Assembly: GCA_040389905.1 (NCBI GenBank)
Contig: JAZJZK010000008.1
Span: 192,001 to 256,000, forward strand
Reading direction: 5' to 3'
Source: Gemmatimonadota bacterium
GTDB lineage: Bacteria; Gemmatimonadota; Gemmatimonadetes; Gemmatimonadales; Gemmatimonadaceae
DNA: 64,000 nt
The notes under the pieces are model-generated. The model was not told where the DNA came from. It worked only from the letters and a program-made list of their open reading frames with translations, and searched no databases. Shown here in pieces: positions 28,670 through 38,200 of this stretch. Numbering within the stretch: position 1 is the stretch's first letter; the number at the start of each line of letters is the position of its first letter. Made by a program: the position numbers and the translations under genes.

Positions 28670-31318
28670 CTAGTGTCCGAGTTGCCCGTTCCCGCGCGAG
28701 TGCCGCAGAGCGTCCTGCACCACGGCGTCGAGTTCATCGCCCGTGAACGGCTTCTCGATGAACAGCTGGAGACCCGGAGTGCGGCCCTGTCGCTGGAGCG
28801 TGTCGGCGGTGTAGCCAGACGTGAGCACGACGGGAAGCGTCGGGCGCTCGACGAGAAGGCGCTCCATCAGCTCGTGTCCGCCCATCTCCGGCATGATCGT
28901 GTCGGTGATCACGACATCGACGTGCGCTTCCCGGAGGACGTCCAGCGCGGCCACGCCATTCTCTGCGTCGAGCACGGCGTAGCCGGAGCGCGCGAGCAAT
29001 CGGCGCGTCAATTGGCGTACGATCGGGTCGTCCTCGACCACGAGCACAATCGCCGACGCAATCCGGGGTTCAGCGACCGGTTCCGCTTCTGGCTCAACAA
29101 CGCGCGCGCCGCCTTCGAACTGCGGGAGATAGACCTTGAAGGTCGTCCCGTGCTCTGGCTCACTGTACACCCAGATGTTCCCCTCGAGTTGCTTCACGAT
29201 GCCGAACACCGTCGACAATCCGAGACCCGTACCGCGTCCCTCCGGCTTGGTAGTGAAGAACGGTTCGAAGATGCGTGACTGCGTCGCTGCGTCCATGCCC
29301 GCTCCCGTGTCCGTAATGGTGATGACGACGTATTGCCCAGGACGTGCCGCGTGCTGCTCGGCGTGCGTCCCCGTCAGCGAGACACGCGACGTCTCGATTG
29401 AGAGGCGGCCTCCGTCAGGCATCGCGTCACGCGCGTTGATGACGAGATTCATGACGACCTGCGACAACTGGCCGCGATCGGCGAGCACCGGGAGAAACTC
29501 GGCGTCGAGCCGAACGGCGAGCTCGATGTCCTCGCCGATGACGCGATTGAGCATCGAGCGGATGTCGCGCACGACGTCACTCACGTCGACGACGTGGCGC
29601 TCCATCACGCGGCCGCGGCTGAACGAAAGGAGTTGGCTCGTGAGATCGGCGGCTCGATCGGCTGCCTTCTCGATCTCGCCGATCATCGGCGTGAGCGCAG
29701 GGTCGTCGTCCACCGCCGCGAGCAGGAGCGAACTGTAGCCACGCACCACGGTCAGGATGTTGTTGAAATCATGTGCGACGCCACCGGCAAGCATGCCCAT
29801 GGCCTCCATCTTCTGTGTCTGACGCAGTCGTTCCTCCAGGAGTTTTTGTTCGGTGATGTCGAGCCACGCGCCGATGACCCACACGGTCTGTCCCGCGCTG
29901 CCACTCGCCAGGCGCTGTTCCTCGCGAAGCCAGCGATACCGCCCGTCTTTGTGCCGGAATCGATAATCCTTCGAGACGGCGCGATACGATGCCGGTGCAC
30001 GCTCCTCGTCGCTCCGATGATCGTCGTCCGGATGCACATGCGTCCGCCACCATTGCGGGGCGTGCACTTCGGCCAGGTCGTAGCCGAGCATGTCGGTGAC
30101 GTTGTGGCTGATCCAATCGAGCACGGGACCGTCTGGCGTGACCTGCAGCTCATATAGCACCGCACCGCTGGAGCCGATGACACGCTCGAGGCGCTCCTCG
30201 GCGTTGACCAGTTCGTGGATCTTCGCTTCGAGCGCGGTCCGCGTCGTTTCCACGCGGTCAGCCATGTCGTTGAACGCGACGCCAAGCGCACCGAGTTCGT
30301 CGCTGCGGCGCACCTCAACACGCTTGGACTCGTCGCCGGCATTCATGCCCTCCGCCGCGGTCACGAGTGAGGCGATCGGGCGCGTCAACGTGCCACTGAC
30401 GTGCCACGCACCCGCGCCAGCCAATACCAGCAGCACCAGGGTGAAGAGCGCGAGGCGCCAGAGCATCGTGCGCGCTGGGGCGAGAATGAGATCGAGCGGA
30501 TACTCCAGCGCGAGCGTCCACGGCGTGTTGCGAATCCCGACGGCCGATGCGAGCACGGGAGTTCCCGACGGCCGCTCGTACTGTACGACTCCCTTCTGCT
30601 CGCTGGTGCCAGGTGGAAGTGGTTCGACGACGACGCCCAGACTCGTCCAGCGGTCTCCGCGAGTGTTGCCGATGAGCAGGGTCGCGCCGGCGCCGACGAG
30701 GTTCCGCAAGGGAGCTGCGGTTTGCGCGGACGCGACCACGCGTCGTCGCTCGACGAGGTAGCCCCAGAGCGTCGCATCGGCGAACACCGGTGCGATGATC
30801 GAGAACCCGAGGTTGTTCGCCGGTCCGCCAATCCATCCGATCGCGGGAGTGGTGTGCCCCGAGAGGAGCGTGATCAGCGCGTGCGCGTCATCGCGTTCGA
30901 GTGCTGGGATTGAGCCATTGCTGGTCATGACGCGACGTCCGGTCGCATCCCACACCTCCACGCTGCCGAACGAGCTCTTCGCGATGGGCCGCGCGGCGAG
31001 TTGCGCGAGGGCATGGCGTAGCTGCGCCGTGTCGCCGTCAGCAAGGTGGCGCACGACGGCGGAGTCCTTCGACGCGGTGAGCTGTGCGTCCAGCAATTGC
31101 TTCGCGGAGGCCGCATAGCCATCAGCAAGCTGGTGGGACACATGTTCGGCGCGCTGACTTTCCGCGGCGATCGCCGAACGGCGCACCTCGCGATATGACG
31201 CGGCGGCGATCACCGAGACCACGATGAGTACGAGGACGATGGCTGACGCAGCCAGCCGCTCACGAATCGAAATCGACCTCCTCGCCTGTCGATCGTCGTG
31301 GATCGTGTCTCGAGTCAC
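28670..31318 (-). CDS. Cache-HAMP-PAS hybrid sensor histidine kinase
   Basis: 2 TM, HAMP (DELGALGVAFNDM), PAS (VHPDD), AHDFNNIL, GTGLGL, REC; GTG start with GGGAGG SD. Confidence 0.92.
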   Translation of the reverse strand: MTRDTIHDDRQARRSISIRERLAASAIVLVLIVVSVIAAASYREVRRSAIAAESQRAEHVSHQLADGYAASAKQLLDAQLTASKDSAVVRHLADGDTAQLRHALAQLAARPIAKSSFGSVEVWDATGRRVMTSNGSIPALERDDAHALITLLSGHTTPAIGWIGGPANNLGFSIIAPVFADATLWGYLVERRRVVASAQTAAPLRNLVGAGATLLIGNTRGDRWTSLGVVVEPLPPGTSEQKGVVQYERPSGTPVLASAVGIRNTPWTLALEYPLDLILAPARTMLWRLALFTLVLLVLAGAGAWHVSGTLTRPIASLVTAAEGMNAGDESKRVEVRRSDELGALGVAFNDMADRVETTRTALEAKIHELVNAEERLERVIGSSGAVLYELQVTPDGPVLDWISHNVTDMLGYDLAEVHAPQWWRTHVHPDDDHRSDEERAPASYRAVSKDYRFRHKDGRYRWLREEQRLASGSAGQTVWVIGAWLDITEQKLLEERLRQTQKMEAMGMLAGGVAHDFNNILTVVRGYSSLLLAAVDDDPALTPMIGEIEKAADRAADLTSQLLSFSRGRVMERHVVDVSDVVRDIRSMLNRVIGEDIELAVRLDAEFLPVLADRGQLSQVVMNLVINARDAMPDGGRLSIETSRVSLTGTHAEQHAARPGQYVVITITDTGAGMDAATQSRIFEPFFTTKPEGRGTGLGLSTVFGIVKQLEGNIWVYSEPEHGTTFKVYLPQFEGGARVVEPEAEPVAEPRIASAIVLVVEDDPIVRQLTRRLLARSGYAVLDAENGVAALDVLREAHVDVVITDTIMPEMGGHELMERLLVERPTLPVVLTSGYTADTLQRQGRTPGLQLFIEKPFTGDELDAVVQDALRHSRGNGQLGH

Positions 31319-31460
31319 CTGGTCCTCCCTGTGAACGTCTCAAACTCGATCTCGTGCTCGAGTTGAAACTCGGGGGTCGGCGCGCCGCGCCACAGTGGAC
31401 CTTGGTGTATTGAACTTTGGTACAATCCCCTCGGCGGTGGTGCGTCGCCGGGTCGTCAGG

Positions 31461-32081
31461 TCACGCCCGCAAGGCGGCGACGCGATCGGTGAACCTGACG
31501 AGGTCGGCCACGGAGCGCGCCGCCAGTTTTTGCATGACCCGCGCGCGATGCACCTTGACGGTCTGTTCGACGACGCCGAGCTGCATGGCGATCTCCTTGT
31601 TCAGCAGCCCGGCGGTCACGTGAAAGAGCACTTCCTGCTCGCGGCTGGTCAACGTGGCGAGGAGCGCTTCCAGGGCCTCGAGCTCTGCGCGTCGCTCGCG
31701 CTGTTCCATCGATCGCGTCAACGCGCTCTGAATGGCATCACGCAGCGCGTCCTTGTCGAATGGCTTCGTGAGGAACTCCACGGCGCCCGTCTTCATGGCG
31801 CGCACGCTCATCGGAATGCTCCCAGAGCCGGTCATGAAGATCGTCGGAACCTGCACGTTCCCCTTGTCCAATGCGGCAACCACATCGAAGCCGCTGTCGC
31901 CGCCGAGCATGACGTCGAGCACGAGACACGCCGGCCGGTCGGGACGCGAGAACTGGAGGAACGCGTCGGCCGAGGAGAACGACTGTGCCGCGAATCCCAA
32001 CTGCTGCACCATGCGGCTCACCGTGTCGCGCATGACGTCTTCGTCATCTACTACGAAAACGATCGGTTCAGATGAGCGCAT
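31461..32081 (-). CDS. FixJ/LuxR family response regulator
   Basis: VFVVDD, CLVLDV, MSVRAMKTGAVEFLTKPF, LTSREQEV..LNKEIA..TVKVHR HTH. Confidence 0.93.
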   Translation of the reverse strand: MRSSEPIVFVVDDEDVMRDTVSRMVQQLGFAAQSFSSADAFLQFSRPDRPACLVLDVMLGGDSGFDVVAALDKGNVQVPTIFMTGSGSIPMSVRAMKTGAVEFLTKPFDKDALRDAIQSALTRSMEQRERRAELEALEALLATLTSREQEVLFHVTAGLLNKEIAMQLGVVEQTVKVHRARVMQKLAARSVADLVRFTDRVAALRA

Positions 32082-32131
32082 CGGGGTCCAACCAGCTCAG
32101 AGGAGACCGCCCACCAGGCGGCTCCTCGAAG

Positions 32132-32710
32132 CTACCGAGCCCGCGTGCCAAGCGCCATCTGCCCCATCAGCCATTCGTTGGCGACGGTATCGATGACGAG
32201 GTGGACACGTGCCGAGGTTCCGTCGTTCCGCACCGAGTGTGGGTCGGAGAGGCGGAGGTACCAGCACTCTCCCTCGGACATGACGACGCGTCGCTGATTG
32301 AGCAGGAATGTCACGCCCGGATTCGTCGTGATGGGGATGTGGATCCGCGCATGTCCAGCTTCCGCCGACAGATCGTGATCCGTGTGCTCGAGGATGACCG
32401 AGCCGGCATCGAGGCTCATCAGACGCACGGCGTGCAGCGGGCACTCGAATGCACCGAGCACCGACTGGAAGTACGGGCAGCGAGCGAGAACGGGTGTATC
32501 ACGGAAGTCCGTGCACGTGGGGTCGGAATAGATCATCTGGACGGGATGCGTTGCGTACGCCGGTCCGCGCAACGCGATGGCGGACCACGAGCCCTCGTAG
32601 TTCCGTTTCACGAAATGATCTGTCCAACCGATATCGGCGGCGATTGCGAGATCGGTGCGCAAACGAGCAGGGTCGAACGAGAAGGGCAGGCGGACGGCGT
32701 CAGGGATCAC
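32132..32710 (-). CDS. Aspartyl/asparaginyl beta-hydroxylase family 2OG-Fe(II) oxygenase
   Basis: HTD..RIHIP..GECWY..HSV..RVHLVID; GTG start just after the REP copy. Confidence 0.88.
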   Translation of the reverse strand: MIPDAVRLPFSFDPARLRTDLAIAADIGWTDHFVKRNYEGSWSAIALRGPAYATHPVQMIYSDPTCTDFRDTPVLARCPYFQSVLGAFECPLHAVRLMSLDAGSVILEHTDHDLSAEAGHARIHIPITTNPGVTFLLNQRRVVMSEGECWYLRLSDPHSVRNDGTSARVHLVIDTVANEWLMGQMALGTRAR

Positions 32711-32727
32711 AAAAGGCCGGTAAGAAT

Positions 32728-32816
32728 TGTCACCCCGAGCGAGCGAAGCGAGTCGAGGGGTCTGCACCTCAACCCAGACAGAACGTGCAGATCCCTCGAC
32801 TTCGCTCGGGATGACA
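32728..32816 (-). repeat. REPIN-like palindromic element, type A
   Basis: Reverse-oriented copy with spacer CTCAACCCAGACAGAAC. Confidence 0.88.
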
Positions 32817-32843
32817 TGCGGGGGGTGGACGAAGTCAGGATAG

Positions 32844-33782
32844 TCAGCCCAACCTCGCGCGCACCTGGAGAATGGCATCCCGATACTGTCGCTCCAGCGC
32901 GACGCACTCGCCCAACTCCGCCTCGATGTGTTCCGCGGCTTGATGGTGTTGCCCGAAGCGCACCAGCGCCTGACGCGCCAGGTCGTCGCGACCCTCTTTC
33001 ACAGCCAGCATGGCGCGACGTTCCCAATCCTCGGACGCCTTCCGCTCCGTCGCGACGGTCCGCCGCAGCTCCTCGATGTGCGGTTGCAATTCGGTCGCTT
33101 CTCGCTCGAGCACAGGCAGCATCGCCGCGGGATTAACGCATTGTTCGATGCGTGCGAGCAGTGCGCGTTCATCCGTGCTCGCCTTTGAATTCAGCGCATC
33201 GTCGAGCGCTGCGAGCGCCGCACTCGAGTAGAGCTCGGCCTCACGCATCACCTCGATGCTATCGGTGCGATGGCGCTCGCGTCGCGTCTCGGGGTCCGTT
33301 GGATCGTCGTCGTTCGCGTCGCCCTCGTTCGCGTCGCCCTCGTGCTCGCGAATGAAGGTTTCGACTTCCCACGGCATGTCGCCGACGCGGTCCGCAGCGC
33401 CAGCAGCCATCTCCCTGGCGAGACGTCCCAGACCAGCGAGTTGTCGTCCGTCCAATTCCTGCGACGCACGCCGAATATCCCGCACGAATTCGAGGGTTGC
33501 GTGCCAGGTGGCAGACTCGAACCCCATGCCGCCGGATGGTGGCCGCGCCGCTCTCGGCGCGCGGAACCACGCGTCCGTGACGAGACGACGTTCCTCCTCC
33601 CAACGAGCACGATAGCGAGCGGAGTGTTCGGGCCAGCAGGCCGCACAGAAGCGATGCGTTTCTGTCGGTGCACCCGACTGGTCCGTGCGCATCGCGCGAC
33701 CGACGGTGCCCTGAGCGCCGCAGGCCTCGCAGACTTCATTGGGCTCTTGTGGTGGGAGTCCGGTTCCAACCATGCACACCAT
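32844..33782 (-). CDS. Zn-finger plus PspA/IM30-like coiled-coil protein
   Basis: CEAC..CAAC N-terminus; WERRAMLAVKEGRDDLARQAL PspA hairpin motif. Confidence 0.65.
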   Translation of the reverse strand: MVCMVGTGLPPQEPNEVCEACGAQGTVGRAMRTDQSGAPTETHRFCAACWPEHSARYRARWEEERRLVTDAWFRAPRAARPPSGGMGFESATWHATLEFVRDIRRASQELDGRQLAGLGRLAREMAAGAADRVGDMPWEVETFIREHEGDANEGDANDDDPTDPETRRERHRTDSIEVMREAELYSSAALAALDDALNSKASTDERALLARIEQCVNPAAMLPVLEREATELQPHIEELRRTVATERKASEDWERRAMLAVKEGRDDLARQALVRFGQHHQAAEHIEAELGECVALERQYRDAILQVRARLG

Positions 33783-33799
33783 GGCGCTGGAGCGATGTA

Positions 33800-34351
33800 T
33801 CACTCGCGCACGAACTCCAACGCGATCGAGTCCCCCGCGGTAAGCGCATGCCACCGCTTGAACAACCCATCTCGGGTATTCCGGACGCGTGCGATCTCTT
33901 CCTCCGTCAACTGCGGCGGCGGGATCTTGTCAGCGTACTTGCCCGCCGACACGAACACACGTGCGTGCGCGTTGAATTCCTCGACACTCCAATGCGCAAA
34001 ATTCCGGCGCTCCGCGTCGAAGAACCCGACGATGAGTTCCACCTGCATCGCGTCGACCGGAATGGGGCCCTTCGGCCACGGCGACGCAAAGTCCGTGATC
34101 TCCCACCCGTCGGCCACGAGACCATAGAAGCCCTGACGAAAGCCGAGCTCCGTTTCCACGGCGAAGTGCGTAAGATCATGCGGCGGAAAGAATGTGCCGA
34201 GCTGGCCGTTCTGCCGTTGCCACGTCACCGAGCCATCCGCGCGCGTGAGCGTGAGCGACGCCGCACCGTCGGTGTGGCGTTTCAGGCGAATGGTGAGATC
34301 GGGGGCGACTTTCGTCGCGCCCCGCGGAGCGGCCTTGGGCTTCATGGGCAT
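33800..34351 (-). CDS. Hypothetical protein with HDxxH motif
   Basis: Globular-looking sequence LTRADGSVTW..PHDLTHFAVE..GFYGLVA. Confidence 0.7.
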   Translation of the reverse strand: MPMKPKAAPRGATKVAPDLTIRLKRHTDGAASLTLTRADGSVTWQRQNGQLGTFFPPHDLTHFAVETELGFRQGFYGLVADGWEITDFASPWPKGPIPVDAMQVELIVGFFDAERRNFAHWSVEEFNAHARVFVSAGKYADKIPPPQLTEEEIARVRNTRDGLFKRWHALTAGDSIALEFVRE

Positions 34352-34474
34352 CAGTCTTCGGATGATGTTTGAAGTCTAGCACCTATCGCCGACCATTGGC
34401 GAGCAGCGGGCGCGTGGGTCATCGATCCTGCTATGGATCCTGCCGCTGGAGTTCTTGGCGCGGATCGCCGTGGA

Positions 34475-34565
34475 TGTCATCCCGAGCGAAGTCGAGGGAT
34501 CTGCACGTTCAGTCTGGGGTTGAGGTGCAGACCCTCTCGACTCGCTGCGCTCGATCGGGGTGACA
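34475..34565 (+). repeat. REPIN-like palindromic element, type A
   Basis: Near-identical to 28482-28572. Confidence 0.88.
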
Positions 34566-34606
34566 GGTCGTTGCGTGAACCACGCACTGTATGCAATTTA
34601 GTGCAC

Positions 34607-35398
34607 ATGACCATCAGCGATCAACAGGAAATACCCTATTATCTCGCCACCGGACGCGAGATCGAGACCTTCACCACCTGCTTCACGCAGAAACTACCCG
34701 TCCTCCTCAAGGGCCCAACCGGGGTCGGCAAGAGCCGCTTCGTGCATCACATGGCCGCTCGGCTCGGGCGTCCGCTCATCACCGTTGCCTGCCACGACGA
34801 TCTGTCGGCCAGCGACCTCACCGGCCGCTATCTCATTCAGGGCAGTGAAACCGTCTGGACAGACGGGCCGCTCGCCCGCGCGGCCCGCATCGGCGCGATC
34901 TGCTATCTCGACGAGCTCGTCGAAGCGCGGCAGGACACCACCGTCGTCATTCACCCGCTCACCGACGATCGCCGAGTGTTACCGCTGGAAAAAACGGGCG
35001 AGTTGATTCACGCGGCGCCGGGCTTCCTGCTCGTGGCGTCGTACAACCCGGGCTACCAGCGCGCCATCAAGGATCTCAAGCCGAGTACTCGGCAGCGATT
35101 CGTGAATATCGAATTCGACTTTCCGTCGCCGGCGGCGGAAACGGAGATCGTGATGCACGAAGGTGGCGTCGACAAGCGCATCGCATCGACACTCGTGCGC
35201 ATCGCGGAGAAGACCCGTCATCTCCGTGACCAGGGGCTTCAGGAAGGTCCGGGCACGCGTGTGCTCGTCGCAGCGGCGCGGCTCATTGCCGGCGGGGTCC
35301 CACCGCGAGACGCATGTCACGCGGCGATCACCACGGCCCTGAGTGACGACGCCGATCTTCTCTCGGCAGTCGACGACGTCATCGCCGCGTTGCTCTAA
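34607..35398 (+). CDS. norQ: CbbQ/NirQ/NorQ family AAA+ ATPase
   Basis: PVLLKGPTGVGKSRF, CHDDLSASDLTGR, CYLDE, HPLTDDRR, YNPGYQ..KDLKPSTRQRF. Confidence 0.88.
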   Translation: MTISDQQEIPYYLATGREIETFTTCFTQKLPVLLKGPTGVGKSRFVHHMAARLGRPLITVACHDDLSASDLTGRYLIQGSETVWTDGPLARAARIGAICYLDELVEARQDTTVVIHPLTDDRRVLPLEKTGELIHAAPGFLLVASYNPGYQRAIKDLKPSTRQRFVNIEFDFPSPAAETEIVMHEGGVDKRIASTLVRIAEKTRHLRDQGLQEGPGTRVLVAAARLIAGGVPPRDACHAAITTALSDDADLLSAVDDVIAALL

Positions 35399-35403
35399 CA
35401 GCA

Positions 35404-37464
35404 GTGGCACGCAAGCCAAGCCGGTTCTGGCACCCGGCGCGCCGCCTGTGCCTCCGCGCCGAGGAAGCCGTGCGCGCCCAAATCGCTCGACGCACACCGC
35501 CGAGCCTCGAAGATGTCCGTCCTCGCCTTCAGCACTACCTCAGGGCGATGTATGGCGAGGCGGTGACCATCGACTCGCTCGCGCCACCGAAGACGCCGAG
35601 TTGGACGGTGCGCGCCTTGCGGCAACTTGCGCTCGTGCGGGAACGCGGGGCATCGGAGAGCAGTGCGGACCGGATCGCGCTTCCGGCGACACTGCCCGCG
35701 CATCGCACCGACATCTCAGCAATCGAGCAGTACCGGCTCATTGCCGTGCAGCACGCCGAACGCATACGTCGAGCGAGCGCGAAACATGCGCGCGACGTGA
35801 CGTCGGATCTCGAACGAGATCTCTATCAACTCGCGGAGTCCGCTGCGATCGATGCACAAATCGTGGCGAGCCAGCCCGGACTCCGCGGCGCGCTCGACGC
35901 GGCCCGTGCGGAGGCGATTGCACAACGTCCGAAGCCACGGTGGAGGACCGAGATCGAGGTGTGCGTCGAGGACATGGTGCGTCGGGCATGGCCTGCGCAG
36001 GGACTCGGTTCGAGTGAGGAAACAAACCCCGCCGAGGTTCCGCTTGCCAATGACGCAGAGTCGAACGCGACGTGGGCTCGCCGAACGGCGGTGGCGCTCG
36101 AGGTGAAGTACGGAAGGAAAGCGGCGCGCAAATACCGTCGCGTGCCGGAGATGACGCTGTGGCAGACCGCGGTGCGGACCCATCTGCCGGAAGAGCAGCA
36201 ACTCGCGCTCGAGACGGAAACCCGCCAGGTCGAAAGCACGGCGTCGCCGGACATCAAGCGTCCGACCTCGAGTTCGTCCATGCCGGGCCCGCCGGAAGGA
36301 CGTTCGTCGCAGGACAACCGAGGGAACGCGCCGGGGCCGGCAGAGACCGACAACGCGACGTCACGAGGGGAAGGCGATCGTCCGGACGGTCAGGGTGACG
36401 AGGGCGAGCAGAGCACCGAGCGGACACCGGAGGTGAGCGAGGACGAGGACAGCGGTGAGCAAAACGCTGGAGGTGTTCCCGCAAATGGTGCTGATGGTCG
36501 AGATACGCAATCAGGAGTCGGGCATTCGGGTCAGGTGGTGGACGACGCCCAGCTTGCCGAGGGAATACCATTCCCGTATCCCGAATGGGACTGTTACGCG
36601 CAGGGCTTTCGCGCTCCAGGAACGGTCGTTCGCGTGATGCCGCCGCCGCTCGCGTCGGCCGAGTGGGCGACGACCACACTTCAGGGCCACGCGCGCGAGG
36701 TGCATCGCGCGCGGCGACAGTTCGAGCGGTTGCGATCGCAACGAGTGCGCTTGCGGCGACAGGTGCAAGGCGATGAGCTCGACATCGAGGCGTGCGTCGA
36801 GGCCATGGTCGATCGACGCATGCACATCGCGCCGTCCGATCGTCTGTACTCGCTCGTGCGACCGGGGCGTCGCGAGCTTGCCATTACGCTGTTGATCGAC
36901 ATCAGTGGTTCGACGGGCGATCCCGCGGCAGAAGACCGCCGCGTCATCGATGTCGAGCGGATTGCGGCACTCGTCGCGACTGCGGCGTTCGACGCATTGG
37001 GAGACGACTACTCCATTCTCGCATTCTCGAGTGCGGGTGCGTCGAATGTTCGCATGCATACGCTCAAGGACTTCGGCGAGCGGAACTCACCAGCGGTGCA
37101 TCAGCGCATCAGCGCACTCGCGCCGCACGGCACCACTCGGCTCGGTGCCGCGGTGCGGCATGCGACGGCGCAGTTGGCGCGGCATCCTGCGCCGCACCGT
37201 CTCCTTCTTATCCTGTCCGACGGCAAACCCTATGACTACGACTGGTACTTCGTGGACTATGCGGTGCAGGATTCGCGTCACGCGGTGCTCAGCGCGCGGT
37301 TGGAGGGGATTCATCCGTTTTGCATCACGGTGGATTCGTCGAGCGGAGACAAGTACCTCACGGAGATATTCGGATCGACTGGGTATCGCGTAGTGTCGCG
37401 GCCGTCGCAGTTGTCGCAGGCATTGTTGCTTGCGGTGCAGCGGATGATTGGAGGGGCGGGCTGA
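35404..37464 (+). CDS. norD: NorD/CbbO family VWA protein
   Basis: YPEWD, GDELDIEA, MIDAS DISGST, TRLGAAVRH, LSDGKPYD, GIHPFCITVD. Confidence 0.82.
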   Translation: MARKPSRFWHPARRLCLRAEEAVRAQIARRTPPSLEDVRPRLQHYLRAMYGEAVTIDSLAPPKTPSWTVRALRQLALVRERGASESSADRIALPATLPAHRTDISAIEQYRLIAVQHAERIRRASAKHARDVTSDLERDLYQLAESAAIDAQIVASQPGLRGALDAARAEAIAQRPKPRWRTEIEVCVEDMVRRAWPAQGLGSSEETNPAEVPLANDAESNATWARRTAVALEVKYGRKAARKYRRVPEMTLWQTAVRTHLPEEQQLALETETRQVESTASPDIKRPTSSSSMPGPPEGRSSQDNRGNAPGPAETDNATSRGEGDRPDGQGDEGEQSTERTPEVSEDEDSGEQNAGGVPANGADGRDTQSGVGHSGQVVDDAQLAEGIPFPYPEWDCYAQGFRAPGTVVRVMPPPLASAEWATTTLQGHAREVHRARRQFERLRSQRVRLRRQVQGDELDIEACVEAMVDRRMHIAPSDRLYSLVRPGRRELAITLLIDISGSTGDPAAEDRRVIDVERIAALVATAAFDALGDDYSILAFSSAGASNVRMHTLKDFGERNSPAVHQRISALAPHGTTRLGAAVRHATAQLARHPAPHRLLLILSDGKPYDYDWYFVDYAVQDSRHAVLSARLEGIHPFCITVDSSSGDKYLTEIFGSTGYRVVSRPSQLSQALLLAVQRMIGGAG

Positions 37465-37501
37465 GGGGCGGCTCCCGGCGGAGACATTTCGCGACGGCTT
37501 A

Positions 37502-37794
37502 GGCGAGTGTCGGGGCGGTGCAGCTGTCTGTCGGGGCGGTACAGGCGATTGTCGGGGCGGTATTGGCGATTGTTGAGGCGTCACGGGCGGGTGTCCGGGC
37601 GGTACAGGCGATTGTCCGGACGTTACAGGCGATTGTCCGGACGTTACGGTCGAGTGTCCGGACGATACGGGCGAGTGTCCGCGCGGCACGGTCGATTGTC
37701 CGGGTGGAAAGCTGTTTGTCCGGGCGGTATAAGAGATTGTCCGCGTGGTACAGGCGTCTGTCCGGGCGGTACGGGCGTCCGTCAGCGTGGAAAA
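37502..37794. repeat. Degenerate 21-bp tandem array (14 units)
   Basis: Consensus GGCGATTGTCCGGGCGGTACA; the tenth unit is 20 bp. Confidence 0.85.
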
Positions 37795-37934
37795 ACGGCG
37801 CCATCGCGGTACTGCTGGTCGTCGCGGTGACAATTGTGAAACACGCAAACCGTTCGAATTGATACCACGAAGATTGATGCTCTCTAGCTTGTGTCCATCC
37901 TGAAAGTGCCATTTCTGGAGCGCATTGCCAGGGA

Positions 37935-38023
37935 TGTCATCCCGAGCGAAGTCGAGGGATATGCACGTGCCGCCTGTGTCAAGGTGTAGGCCCCTCGACT
38001 CGCTGCCCTCGCTCGGGGTGACA
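37935..38023 (+). repeat. REPIN-like palindromic element, type A (degenerate)
   Basis: TGTCATCCCGAGCGAAGTCGAGGGA..CTCGCTCGGGGTGACA. Confidence 0.85.
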
Positions 38024-38200
38024 GTCGTTCAATAGGCAGTGTCAGGACGCTAACTGAGCTAAGAGACGCAACGGCATTCTCGCGTCAACCATTGATTCAA
38101 CCACTACTCCGGGCGGTGCGTCCGCCTTGCGGTGCGCTCGCCCTCAGCCATCTTCGCCGGACGGAAGGATCGGGTACGAACATTCCTCACCGAGATACAC

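Noticed and set aside
34433..34606. REP-containing N-terminal extensions of NorQ (and of the hydroxylase at 32711-32878 and the GNAT-like gene at 58463-58594)
   Set aside because: The frames are open, but family homology and plausible starts lie downstream of the repeat, so they are treated as intergenic
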